NCBI GenBank assembly: GCA_045605345.1
Contig: JAZUPT010000005.1
Coordinates: 11,483-75,482, forward strand
Origin: Candidatus Spyradenecus sp.
GTDB taxonomy: Bacteria > Verrucomicrobiota > Kiritimatiellia > RFP12 > DVOR01
Length of the DNA stretch: 64,000 bases
Direction: 5' to 3'
This document shows positions 9,545 to 19,405 of the stretch, in pieces; the stretch's first letter is position 1, and every line of letters starts with the position of its first letter. Made by a program: the position numbers and the translations under genes. The notes under the pieces were generated by a model. That model was given only the letters and a program-made list of their open reading frames with translations, did not search any database and had not been told where the DNA came from.

Positions 9545-10190
9545 CAACCCCCAGCCCCACCCTCCCCTCCGCGGGGGAGCGGGGGGCGCGTTACGCCTTC
9601 GGGAATCGTCACCGAGGTCAAACTCCCCTCCGCGGGGGAGCGGGGGGCGCCCTGGATAACGGCCGATTAGAAGAGGGGAGGAGAAATGCAGGGGCTGCGC
9701 GCCCCCACACCCCGCGGCAGGACTGAGTCCTGCACGCTACGCATCCTGACGGATGCTTTTACTGGTGCTCACGGGAAGAAGGGGAGAGTGCCTTCGGCGA
9801 GGGGAGCGGGGGGGGGGGCTCTGGATAACGGTCGATTAGAAAACGGCATTTATCGTGGCCACGGCCCACCGCGGCCGTGGAGCACTCTGTACTGCGGCCG
9901 ATTAGAAGACGGGAGGAGAAATGCAGGGGCTACGCGCCCCCACACCCCGCGGCAGAACTGAGTCCTGCACGCTACGCATCCTGACGAATGCTTTTACTGG
10001 TGCTCACGGGAAGAAGGGGAGAGTGCCTTCGCAGGGGGAGCGGGGGGCGCTCTGAATAACGGCCGATTAGAAGCCTGTATTTATCGTGGCCACGGCCCAC
10101 CGCGGCCGTGGAGCACTCTGGATAACGGCCGATTAGAAAACGGCATTTATCGTGGCCACGGCCCACCGCGGCCGTGGGACGCACACCTCT
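9545..10190. repeat. Mosaic array of GC-rich palindromic intergenic repeat modules
   Basis: A ~115-nt module (GGAGGAGAAATGCAGGGGCTGCGCGCCCCCACACCCCGCGGCAGGACTGAGTCCTGCACGCTACGCATCCTGACGGATGCTTTTACTGGTGCTCACGGGAAGAAGGGGAGAG) occurs at ~9680-9795 and ~9908-10022. GGATAACGGCCGATTAGAA occurs five times. ATTTATCGTGGCCACGGCCCACCGCGGCCGTGG occurs three times, twice as a 66-bp tandem. CTCCCCTCCGCGGGGGAGCGGGGGGCGC occurs twice. Confidence 0.85.
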
Positions 10191-10328
10191 AAACCCTTAA
10201 GTAAACGACTGTATTCAGACATTTTTTGAGGGTTCACTTTTACTAACTTTTTCTTGCGATTTTGACATAAATGTGCGATACTATGAGACATCGTATGACG
10301 TTATAACTCTTAATGGAGCGAAAAGTAC

Positions 10329-10778
10329 ATGAAGAAGATGATTTATGGCGCCGTTGCTGCGCTCGTTTTGGCAACCACTGGTTGCACCGGTTCCTTCCAA
10401 GTGATGCAGGCTGTGCATCGTTGGCACCGTGATTTCGAAAACCGCTGGACGGATGAAATCTGTTACCTCGTGGCAGTGATTCTCCCGATTTACGCGGCAT
10501 CTTACACGGTTGACACCATCTTCTTCAACTCTGTTGAATTCTGGATGGGCAACAATCCGCTCCAGGTCAACACCGCTGAAGCTACCATCACTCGCGTGGA
10601 CGCTAACACCGCCATCGTGCAGAGCAAGGCTACTGGCGCGACCTACACCCTTACCCGCGCCGCTGATGGCACCTTCGCCATGACCGACATGCAGGGCAAC
10701 ACCGTCTCCGCTGAAGTGAAGGGCTCCCTCCTTTCGATGACGCTCCCTGACGGCACCACCCGCACCACACTTCTCTAA
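10329..10778 (+). CDS. DUF3332-like lipoprotein
   Basis: Lipoprotein signal MKKMIYGAVAALVLATTGC; conserved FFNSVEFWMGNNP motif; 149 aa. Confidence 0.6.
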   Translation: MKKMIYGAVAALVLATTGCTGSFQVMQAVHRWHRDFENRWTDEICYLVAVILPIYAASYTVDTIFFNSVEFWMGNNPLQVNTAEATITRVDANTAIVQSKATGATYTLTRAADGTFAMTDMQGNTVSAEVKGSLLSMTLPDGTTRTTLL

Positions 10779-10857
10779 TAAGCTTTTACGTTCATGCTGA
10801 CGCACGTGTTTACCATGTGCGTTATGCGTGTTGTCAAAATAAAAGAAAGGTACACAT

Positions 10858-11323
10858 AATGAAGAAAGCCATGTTCTTGACGTTGGCCGCCCTCACACTC
10901 GCCGCCGCCTCCACCGGTTGCGTTGGTAAGTTCCGTCTCTTCAATGCCATTTCCAAGTGGAACCAGACGGCTAACGAAGAAAAGTGGATCAACGAATTGA
11001 TCTTCTTGGGCCTCAACATCATCCCCGTCTACGGTCTCTCCCTCTTCGCGGACGCGTTGGTCTTCAACTCCATTGAATTCTGGACTGGCAAGCCTGTTGA
11101 CTTCCTCGCTGGTGTGGATCAGCAGGGCAATGAATACCGCATCGTCTCCAATGGTGACGGCACCTCCACCCTCCTCTACAAGGGTCAGGCCTGCACGCTC
11201 ACCAAGCAGGGCGACTCCCTCGTGGCAACCAAGGATGGCGCTTACATCGGCACCTTCTCCAAGCAGGGTTCTTTGGTGACCTTCACCGCCCCTGATGGTA
11301 GCGTCCAGGCTGCGCTCCGCTAA
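10858..11323 (+). CDS. DUF3332-like lipoprotein, tandem paralog
   Basis: MKKAMFLTLAALTLAAASTGC lipobox; shares the VFNSIEFWTGKP motif with the upstream gene. ATG at 10858 preferred over the longer track ORF. Confidence 0.6.
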
Positions 11324-11346
11324 GCGAAGCTTTTAGAAGCAACACA

Positions 11347-11380
11347 AACACGCGAGGAGTTGTCCTCGCGTGTTTTCTTT
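11347..11380 (+). terminator. Rho-independent terminator after the DUF3332 pair
   Basis: ACACGCGAGGA-GTTGT-CCTCGCGTGT hairpin followed by TTTCTTTT. Confidence 0.55.
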
Positions 11381-11480
11381 TACCCTTCGCACACCCCCTC
11401 TCAAAATACCTGAAAAACCTTGCGAAGCGCATTGATGATACCACCGAGAAAAGGTGTTTTTTGTTATACTGCACGGCATT

Positions 11481-12824
11481 ATGGCGAAAGCAAAGCAGAA
11501 ACAAACAAAAAAGACTACCCGAGGGACTAAGGCACCTGCGCTCACCGCGCGCGCCACTTTCCCAACGGGTTTCCTATGGTTCCTCTTACTTGCCGCCTTT
11601 TTGACCCTCATGTCGTTGCCGATTCTCACGGATCGGGTAGCAGAAAATCCCACCCTCTCCTCAGCCCTTTTAGCGCCCCTCGCCATTTGGGGTGTGACGG
11701 CCTTGCTCGCATTTTGGTTTTCGCGCCCCACGCGCTTTAATGGCGACCGCAGTTTTATCGTACTCACGCTGCTTCTCTTTGGCTTAGGGGTAGTTGAACA
11801 ACTCCGCCTCCAATCCTTCCAACTCACCTGGGAAGTTTGGCGCGCCTATATCCCGATGTTGAGTGGCGCGGTGGGCTTTCTCTTTTGCTTACGCTTTCTC
11901 ACCGCAAGACACCTCGAGCGACTCCTCTCATGGCGACTCTTGAAGTGGGGTTTATGGATTGGCATGATGGGCATATTGGGTGCGCTCTTTTGCTTTGGCA
12001 GAAGCTACCGCGGTGGGATGTTCCTGCCCGGGCAAATTAATCCCACCGAGCTCATCAAAATTGCGGCAGTCCTATTAGGCGCCACCGCACTTCCACCCTT
12101 AAAAGAACACCTCTCGCGCCACCTCTTCGGGCTTCCCTTTCCCACCCTTTCCGCATTAATCCAACTCGCCTTCTTCTGGGGCATTCCCTTAGTGGGCGTA
12201 ATCTGTGTTCGCGACTTAGGACTTGTTTTAATCCTCTGCCTCACCTTTGTGGCGATGCTCGCCTCCCTCACGCGCAATCCACTCTGGTTGCCCTTAGGCA
12301 TCGGTGGGGCAGTCGGGGCAGGCTTTGCCATTTGCCAAGTCTCAGCCCACACTGCGGCACGCTTTGCCATTTGGCAAAATCCCTTCTACGATCCACTTGG
12401 AAAGGGTTACCAAATCCTACAGAGCCTTTGTGCGATGAATGCGGGGGGCCTCTTCGGTGCGGGGCTCAACCGTGGCATGCCGGGCAGCGTCCCCATTGTC
12501 ACGAGCGACTTCGTCTATGCCGCGATTGCGGAAGAATGGGGACTGGCGGGGTGCGCGCTCTTGCTACTCATCTACTTCTTATGGTTACGCGCCATCTTCC
12601 GCAATGCCAGCCCCGCCACCACGCCCACCCTGCGCCTCGCAAGCCTTGGCATTGGCGCGGTACTCAGCGTGCAAATCATCCTCAACGTAGGCGGCGTCAC
12701 AAAGGCATTACCGATGACCGGCATCACCCTGCCCTTCCTTTCACATGGCGGCTTTTCACTCCTCACCGTCTTTCTCCTTTGCGGCCTCGTCGCCGCCCTC
12801 TCCAACCACCCCCAACAAAAGTAA
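11481..12824 (+). CDS. FtsW/RodA/SpoVE (SEDS) family protein
   Basis: Ten-TM SEDS-like protein with conserved C-terminal region (...LPMTGITLPFLSHGGFS...). ATG at 11481 chosen; the track start at 11454 is GTG. Confidence 0.75.
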   Translation: MAKAKQKQTKKTTRGTKAPALTARATFPTGFLWFLLLAAFLTLMSLPILTDRVAENPTLSSALLAPLAIWGVTALLAFWFSRPTRFNGDRSFIVLTLLLFGLGVVEQLRLQSFQLTWEVWRAYIPMLSGAVGFLFCLRFLTARHLERLLSWRLLKWGLWIGMMGILGALFCFGRSYRGGMFLPGQINPTELIKIAAVLLGATALPPLKEHLSRHLFGLPFPTLSALIQLAFFWGIPLVGVICVRDLGLVLILCLTFVAMLASLTRNPLWLPLGIGGAVGAGFAICQVSAHTAARFAIWQNPFYDPLGKGYQILQSLCAMNAGGLFGAGLNRGMPGSVPIVTSDFVYAAIAEEWGLAGCALLLLIYFLWLRAIFRNASPATTPTLRLASLGIGAVLSVQIILNVGGVTKALPMTGITLPFLSHGGFSLLTVFLLCGLVAALSNHPQQK

Positions 12825-12932
12825 CCGCCCCGCCGCACCCATACGCGCCGCGCAAGGGCAAGGGCAGTAATCGCCACATAGCCCTGTCTTTCTCGGCGAA
12901 GGGGAGGAGAATTTGATACACTATGTTGCGTT

Positions 12933-14102
12933 ATGTGGCGTTATATTTGCAAACGATTGTTGGAGATGATCCCGACAACCTTTGGGGTGTTGGTTTTATC
13001 ATTCATTTTGTTCTATGTGGTTGGCGGTTCGCCGGCACAGACGGTTTTGGGGCAACACGCAAGTCAACAGGCTATTGCGGCCTTTGATGCGGCAAATGGA
13101 TATGATTTACCGCTCTTTTTTGGTTCGCAGTATACGATTGATGCCTTGCGCAAAGGGGCAACGGGTGAGACCGAGTTAGCCTTTTCGCTTCAAGAAGGCG
13201 ACTACCTCCTGCCTGGTGCGACCTTGGTCACGATGTTGCATCCTGAGTCTGGCGAACTCAAACGCCTGACCAACCAGACCGAAATTAACGTGCCCGCCGG
13301 GTGGCAAATCACCGCAATCTCTGGCGCCACCGAAGTGCTTCGCAAGACGCGTCACTTCTTTGATTCCCAATTTTTACGTTATCTCAAAGGATTAGTGCAA
13401 CTTGACCTCGGGATTTCTTTGGAGACGAAGCAACCCGTCACGCAGGTTTTGGCGCAGGGATTACTGCCCACGCTCTCCCTCTCTGTACCCATCCTCTTCT
13501 TCGGAGCGGTGCTCGGAGTGACCTTAGGGCTGCTCTGTGCAGCGCGCCAAGGGGGGCTGCTTGACCGCGGAGTGTTGGCCGTGAGCACGCTCTTAATGAG
13601 TATCAACTACGTGGTTTGGATTCTGATGGGGCAATACTTGCTGGGATTCCGTTGGCCTATCTTCCCCATTTGGGGTTATGAGAGTGCCTTCTATCTGATT
13701 CTGCCGGTGCTGATTGGTGTGGCAGGGAGCCTTGGTCCCGATGTACGCTTCTACCGCGCGGCGATTTTGGATGAGGTCTACAAACCCTATGTGCGCACAG
13801 CGGTCTCCAAAGGTGTTTCGCCGGCACGCGTCCTCTTCATCCACGTCTTACGCAATGCGCTCATCCCTGTGGTGACCTACATCTCCCTCTCCATCCCCTA
13901 CCTTTTCACGGGCAGCCTGCTTCTTGAGAGCTTCTTCGGCATCCCAGGCTTGGGGAGCATCTCCATCAACGCCATCAATTCTGCGGATATGTCCGTAGTC
14001 CGTGCCGTGGTCATCTTCGGCGCATTGATTTACCAGTGTGTCAACCTGCTCACCGACATCACTTACGGTTGGCTCGATCCTCGCGTGAGGTTTGCATCAT
14101 GA
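12933..14102 (+). CDS. ABC transporter permease (OppB/DppB-like) with an enlarged first periplasmic loop
   Basis: MWRYICKRLLEMIPTTFGVLVL N-terminus and C-terminal permease signature region typical of the binding-protein-dependent family; ~130-aa loop after TM1. Confidence 0.75.
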   Translation: MWRYICKRLLEMIPTTFGVLVLSFILFYVVGGSPAQTVLGQHASQQAIAAFDAANGYDLPLFFGSQYTIDALRKGATGETELAFSLQEGDYLLPGATLVTMLHPESGELKRLTNQTEINVPAGWQITAISGATEVLRKTRHFFDSQFLRYLKGLVQLDLGISLETKQPVTQVLAQGLLPTLSLSVPILFFGAVLGVTLGLLCAARQGGLLDRGVLAVSTLLMSINYVVWILMGQYLLGFRWPIFPIWGYESAFYLILPVLIGVAGSLGPDVRFYRAAILDEVYKPYVRTAVSKGVSPARVLFIHVLRNALIPVVTYISLSIPYLFTGSLLLESFFGIPGLGSISINAINSADMSVVRAVVIFGALIYQCVNLLTDITYGWLDPRVRFAS

Positions 14103-15091
14103 AAACCGCTTCTACCTCCGAAAGCACCGCACTCCGCGGCCCCTCCGCGTGGCAACGTCTCTGGTCAGACCGCATGACCCGCTTCTGCATTGTGGTCATC
14201 CTTGTTTACACCTTAGCCGCGCTCTATGGTGAATGTGTCTACCAATACTACAATCACGGCTTCAAAATCCCCTTTACGGAGATTACCCTCGGCTCCCTGC
14301 AGACACCACCTTACAACGAACTGCACATGGAAAGCCGTTATGTCCCGCCGCTCACGACGGTCACCTTCCCCGAAACCTCCACAGCCCAAGGTGAACTCAT
14401 CCCCGCGCGAAAACACTGCTACCTGCTCGGTTCAGACAACCTCGGCCGCGACGTGCTCCAACGTCTCGTGCAGGGGGCGCGCATCGCCTTTCACGTTGGC
14501 ATCATGACCTCGCTCATTGCCATCCCCTTAGGCGTGCTCTTAGGATGCCTCGGTGGCTACTTTGGGGGCAAAACCGATAGTGCGGTCGTTTGGCTCTGCG
14601 CCACCGTCTCTGCGATGCCTGGTCTCCTCTTCATCCTTGCCATTGCCATGATTGCGGGTAAAGGGCTCTTCGGCATCTACCTCGGCATCGGCCTGACCAC
14701 ATGGGTGAGCGTCTGCCGAAACATCCGTGCCGAAGTCATCAAACACCGCGACCGCCCCTATGTGCATGCGGCACGCGTTTTGGGTTACTCTCCCCTGCGC
14801 ATCCTCTTCCGACACATTTTGCCCAACGTCATGCACATTGTGCTCATCTCCTTCTCCATCCGCTTCCCTGCCAGCGTCGCAACTGAAGTCTTTATGAGCT
14901 TTTTGGGCATCGGCGTGCAGGGCGAGCCCTCGTGGGGAATTATGATTAACAATGCCCGCGCTCGACTCTGGCAGGGGATTTGGTGGGAGCTGACCTTTGT
15001 CTCCCTCGCAATCTTCCTCCTCGTGTTTATCTTCAACCGACTCGCCGACGCGCTGCGCGACGTCTTTGACCCCGCCTTGCGCAACCGTTAA
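14098..15091 (+). CDS. ABC transporter permease (OppC/DppC-like)
   Basis: ATG at 14098 overlaps the upstream stop (ATGA). GSDNLGRDVLQRLVQGARIAF motif typical of DppC/OppC. Confidence 0.8.
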
Positions 15092-15110
15092 TCGCAGCCT
15101 CGCGCCCCTC

Positions 15111-15563
15111 ATGTCTGCGCTTCTCGCCCTCGGCCTTCGCCTCTTCCACCTCTGGGATCGCTTTCACCCCAGTGCGGAGATTAACGTAGGCGCGTGGGGA
15201 GAACGTTGGGCCGCGCGCTACTTATGGTTGCACGGGTGTCGTATCCTCGAACGAAATGCCCGCCCCTGTCGCCATGGAGAGGTGGACCTCATCGCCAAAC
15301 AGGGCAAAATTTACCTCTTCGTAGAGGTCAAAACGCGCAAAAATGAACACTTTGGGCCGCCCATCACCGCCATCCACACGCGCAAGCGCAAACTCCTCAG
15401 ACGGTGCGCGAATCACTGGCTCTCCCACCGCTTTCTCCTCCACGACCGCACCCTTTACCGTTTTGACGGGGTGGAAGTCATTGGCACCCCTGCCGCTGGC
15501 ATTCCTGAAATCCGTTGGGTGCGTGCGCTTGACATGAGTCAAACCCGCGCACCAGAGCTCTAA
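15111..15563 (+). CDS. YraN-family (UPF0102) endonuclease-like protein
   Basis: GEVDLIAKQGKIYLFVEVKTRK core motif. ATG at 15111 chosen because the longer track ORF overlaps the permease gene. Confidence 0.7.
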   Translation: MSALLALGLRLFHLWDRFHPSAEINVGAWGERWAARYLWLHGCRILERNARPCRHGEVDLIAKQGKIYLFVEVKTRKNEHFGPPITAIHTRKRKLLRRCANHWLSHRFLLHDRTLYRFDGVEVIGTPAAGIPEIRWVRALDMSQTRAPEL

Positions 15564-15744
15564 CCCCACGCGCGACACACGCCCTTCAAGCAGCCCTCCT
15601 GCGCGTGAGCGAGTGCGTGCGGTAAAAAAACTTGCTTTCTTTCTATTAAAGAGTGTATCATATCTGCCGTTTTGCCGTTAGGTGACGTGCGGCACGTCCT
15701 CATTGTGATAGGAAAAGGCGCGTCCACGGCAAGGAGTCCGAAAA

Positions 15745-17166
15745 ATGTACAAAATGAACACCGCATTAAGCGCGGATGCCGTTGATTTTATCGACGATGC
15801 GAAGCTTGAAGCCATGGTGGCGGGACTGAAGGAAGATCCCGAAGCTGTGCGCAAAGTAATCGCCAAGAGTCTGCGTAAAGAAGCTTTAAGCGTAGAAGAA
15901 ACCGCCGTTTTATTGGGCGCAGAAAGCCCTGAATTGGTGGAAGAAATTTTTGAAGCCGCTCGCACATTGAAGCGAGATGTGTATGGTAATCGTATCGTTT
16001 TCTTCGCGCCGTTGTATGTTGGCAACTACTGCACAAACAACTGTAAGTACTGCGGTTTCCGCAGTTCTCTGCACACTGCAGTGCGTCATACGCTCTCTGA
16101 CGAAGAATTAGTGCGCGAAGTTGAGGCCTTAGAAGACCTCGGCCACAAGCGTTTGATTCTGGTTTACGGCGAAAGCCCGAAGTATGACCCGGAATTTATT
16201 GCCCACACCGTGCGCAAGACCTACGCCACGAAGAAGGGCAATGGCGAAATTCGCCGCGTCAATATCAATGCCGCGCCCCTTGATGAAGAGGGCTTCCGCA
16301 TCGTCAAAGAGGCGGGCATCGGCACCTATCAGATTTTCCAAGAGACCTACCACAAGAAGACCTACGCCGAGTGGCATCCTGCCAACACGATGAAGGGCAA
16401 CTACATGTGGCGTCTCAATGCCTTTGATCGCGCCTTCCGCGCCGGCATTGATGACATGGGCTTGGGCGTACTATTCGGACTGTACGATTGGCGCTTTGAT
16501 GTGCTCGCCATGGTGACACACGCGCTTTACCTGCAGAACAAGTTTGGCGTGGGACCGCACACACTCAGCTTCCCGCGTATTAAGGCCGCAGAAGGGCTTG
16601 ACCTTAATTTGAAGTATCAAGTGAGTGACGACGAGTACAAGCGTCTCGTTGCCATCCTGCGTTTGGCTGTGCCCTACACAGGCTTGATTATGACAGCGCG
16701 CGAACCGGCCGAATTGCGCCGTGAGGTTTTGGCCTTTGGCGTCTCGCAAATTGACGCAGGCACCAAGCTGGAAATCGGCGGTTACCAAGAAAAGCGCGAC
16801 AGCGATGAGCAGACCTTAAATCGTGAACAGTTTAAGGTGGGCGACACCCGTGGCTTGGATGAAGTAATTGGCGAAATCCTTGAAGGTGGCTATATCCCCA
16901 GTTTCTGCACCAGTTGCTATCGTCTCGGTCGCACGGGCGAACACTTCATGGAGTATGCAATCCCCGGCTTCATCGGGAAATTCTGCACGCCCAATGCGAT
17001 CATGACACTCGCGGAGTATCTTGAAGACTACGCCTCCCCCGAAACAAAGGCGAAAGGCGAAGCACTCATCGCAGCAGAAATCAATAAGCTCGATGGTAAA
17101 CTCCGCGAGGAAGTGTTGAAGCGCCTGGAGCAAGTCCGCGCCGGCAAACGCGACCTCTATTTCTAA
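15745..17166 (+). CDS. hydG: [FeFe] hydrogenase maturase HydG (radical SAM, ThiH-like)
   Basis: CTNNCKYC radical-SAM motif plus the C-terminal CTSCYRLGRTGEHFMEYAIPGFIGKFC (CxxC-x22-C) motif that distinguishes HydG from ThiH; 473 aa; AAGGAG RBS. Confidence 0.75.
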   Translation: MYKMNTALSADAVDFIDDAKLEAMVAGLKEDPEAVRKVIAKSLRKEALSVEETAVLLGAESPELVEEIFEAARTLKRDVYGNRIVFFAPLYVGNYCTNNCKYCGFRSSLHTAVRHTLSDEELVREVEALEDLGHKRLILVYGESPKYDPEFIAHTVRKTYATKKGNGEIRRVNINAAPLDEEGFRIVKEAGIGTYQIFQETYHKKTYAEWHPANTMKGNYMWRLNAFDRAFRAGIDDMGLGVLFGLYDWRFDVLAMVTHALYLQNKFGVGPHTLSFPRIKAAEGLDLNLKYQVSDDEYKRLVAILRLAVPYTGLIMTAREPAELRREVLAFGVSQIDAGTKLEIGGYQEKRDSDEQTLNREQFKVGDTRGLDEVIGEILEGGYIPSFCTSCYRLGRTGEHFMEYAIPGFIGKFCTPNAIMTLAEYLEDYASPETKAKGEALIAAEINKLDGKLREEVLKRLEQVRAGKRDLYF

Positions 17167-17187
17167 TTTCACAACCAAAGGATACCT

Positions 17188-17898
17188 ATGAAACTCGACA
17201 ACCTTCTCGCACTCCAAGATGAAGATACCCGTCTTCGCAATCTTCAGCGCGAACTCGTTACCCTCCTCCCCGAACGTCGCAAAGCAGCAAAAGAGCGTCT
17301 GCGCATCGCACAGGATGCCGTGAATGCCGCAACGCAGGAAAACCTCGCCGCACAGCGCGAATATGAACGTTTCCAGCATGACTACACCCGTCAGCGCGAC
17401 AATATGCTTCGCGCCGAACGCAATGCGGGCCGTACCATGAGCCAGAAGGGTCAGGAAGCCGCCGCCGCAGAGTACGCCGCCGCAGAAAATGCTGCCAATG
17501 CCGCTTCTGATGCCGCTAACCGCGCCGCAGAAAATCGCACCCCCACGGAACGCCGTTTGGACGATGCGCGTGCCTTCTACGCAGAAGAAGAGATTGCCAT
17601 CGCCGCTATCCTCTCCGCACTTGATGAACGCAAGGTGCAGGTCGAAGGCGAAATTGCCTCCTTGCAGGAGCATCGCAATGAATTGGCCGCGACGGTCGAC
17701 CCCACGCAGTTGCACTACTATGATCGCGTGCGTAAGGGATGCTGGCCCGCCGCTGTGCAGTTCAACCGCAATGACAGCGTCTGCACCGGTTGCAACCTCG
17801 TGCAGCCTGCCTCGGTCAAGCAGGCCGTTCTCGCCGCTGACAAGAGCGCCAATGCACCGCTCGTCTACTGCCCCAGCTGCGGTCGCATCCTCTACTAA
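17188..17898 (+). CDS. C4-type zinc-ribbon / coiled-coil protein (COG1579-like)
   Basis: Long coiled-coil region followed by CTGC...CPSCGR zinc ribbon at the C-terminus. Confidence 0.55.
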   Translation: MKLDNLLALQDEDTRLRNLQRELVTLLPERRKAAKERLRIAQDAVNAATQENLAAQREYERFQHDYTRQRDNMLRAERNAGRTMSQKGQEAAAAEYAAAENAANAASDAANRAAENRTPTERRLDDARAFYAEEEIAIAAILSALDERKVQVEGEIASLQEHRNELAATVDPTQLHYYDRVRKGCWPAAVQFNRNDSVCTGCNLVQPASVKQAVLAADKSANAPLVYCPSCGRILY

Positions 17899-17910
17899 TC
17901 CCCCTTTGCA

Positions 17911-18326
17911 TTGCCGGGGTGGTCAATCGCTCACAGCCTGACTGTGAGAGGAAAGTCCGGACTCCACAGAGCAGGGTGACCCGTTGTAATGATGGGTAGA
18001 CACGGAGCAAATCCGTGTGATGGCAAGTGCCACAGAAATAAACCGCCTGGCAACAGGTAAGGGTGAAAAGGTGAGGTAAGAGCTCACCGGCGGCAGAAGA
18101 AATTCTCCGTGCAAGGTAAACCCCTCCCGGAGCAAACCCAAATAGGCGAAGAGATGCTGCTCGCATCGCGACGGATTTTCCGTCACGCTTGTAGAAACGC
18201 CTTCAATGGTGTCCCCTCCCCGTCTGGGGAAAGGTTAAAGACTGCAAGCGATCATTCGCGGGTTGGGCGCTTAGTTAAATGATTGACACCCGCAAGGGCA
18301 CAGAACTCGGCTTATAGCCCCGGCAA
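17911..18326 (+). ncRNA. rnpB: RNase P RNA, bacterial type A
   Basis: Conserved blocks GAGGAAAGTCCGGACTCC, ACAGAAATAAACCGCC and AAGGGTGAAAAGGTGAGGTAAGAGCTCACC. P1 pairing TTGCCGGGG (17911-17919) with CCCCGGCAA (18318-18326). Confidence 0.85.
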
Positions 18327-18337
18327 TGTTCTCTTAA

Positions 18338-18370
18338 GTCGTCGAAGCCACACGCTTCGGCGACTTTTTT
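18338..18370 (+). terminator. Rho-independent terminator of rnpB
   Basis: AGTCGTCGAAGC-CACAC-GCTTCGGCGACT hairpin (one G-U) followed by TTTTTTATT. Confidence 0.6.
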
Positions 18371-19111
18371 ATTCTTCTCGCTTCAGCGACGCTTTATGTT
18401 CTCACAACGGTGACGCTTTATTTTTCCATTAGATTGAAACAACCGCTCACCGCAGATTGAACGATACTTCGCCACGCGCCTCCTATAGGAGCAAATCGTG
18501 TATGAGGCTTACCATCAATAGAGTTCAGAGGTGAAGAGAGCATGGCAATAAGACGGTTTAAGCACTCCGCAGAAGCATGTGACTGCGCCACGTTCCCTGA
18601 TAGCGCTCAGCTGCCAAAGCACCCTTTTCAAATCAGCCTTTCAGTGAAACGCATTGAGTATTTCAATGAACTTCTTGGAGAATTTCAGTCAAATTCTAAA
18701 TGAATTTCACTGAAATACTTTTTTATTTCACTGAAAATCTGGTCTGAGTTGAGGCTCTTTTTGCTAAAATAGTGTCTCCTTCATAAATCCGAAGGGGTTA
18801 TCCAAAAGTCTTCAGTGGAAAGGGTTAGCGTTGTGAGTATGTTAAATGAAGTGCCAACCTCTGATAAAATTCGTTATCGCTTGGTAGAAACGCCCATCCG
18901 TAAGGATGAGACTCCCTGCTATGCGGCACGCGTGATTGTGCAACCGATGAGTTTATGATAAAACACGCCTCTTTTTAGAAGCTGCATTGTAAATATTACC
19001 CATCACGCCGCGCCTTGAGTCGGCCGGAGTACCCATTTGACAACAACAATAAAATGCTCTACACTTCCTGTGATGTTGCATTTGTTGTATTTCGCTCAAT
19101 TGATGTCTATC

Positions 19112-19405
19112 ATGAAAAAAAGAGTCTGTTCCGTTGGTCTTTTCCTTCTATTAGGAATTACCGCCTGCTCGCCAACGCCCCAAGCGCTTTACCAGAGAGG
19201 GTGTGAAGCGAAAGGTACTGAACGGATTCACTATTTAACCTTAGCTGCCGAACAAGGTCATGCAGACGCGCAATATGAGCTCGGCCTCATCTATGAATTT
19301 GGCCATGGCGTAGAAAAAGACATCCCGCAAGCCGTTAAATGGTATCAGAAGGCGGCGGAACAAGGCCACGCGAAAGCCTACGAGCTCCTTAATATCAACC
19401 TTTAA
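19112..19405 (+). CDS. Sel1-repeat (TPR-like) lipoprotein
   Basis: MKKRVCSVGLFLLLGITACSP lipobox; two Sel1 repeats (AEQGHADAQYELGLIYEFGHGVEKD ... WYQKAAEQGHAKAYELL). Confidence 0.65.
   Translation: MKKRVCSVGLFLLLGITACSPTPQALYQRGCEAKGTERIHYLTLAAEQGHADAQYELGLIYEFGHGVEKDIPQAVKWYQKAAEQGHAKAYELLNINL

Noticed and set aside
9686-9961. Track ORF of 91 aa (MQGLRAPTPRGR...) with internally repeated peptide GRLE[DN]G..., preceded by a GGAGG-like motif.
   Set aside because: The reading frame is produced by the tandem DNA repeats themselves. The same sequence occurs in reverse orientation at 49 kb without an ORF. No start-context conservation is seen. It is treated as non-coding repeat.
9545-10190. Possible CRISPR array, because short GC-rich palindromic repeats recur at intervals.
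   Set aside because: The repeat units differ in length and sequence (at least four module types). The intervening material is itself repeated rather than unique spacer. There is no regular repeat-spacer periodicity and no cas gene nearby.
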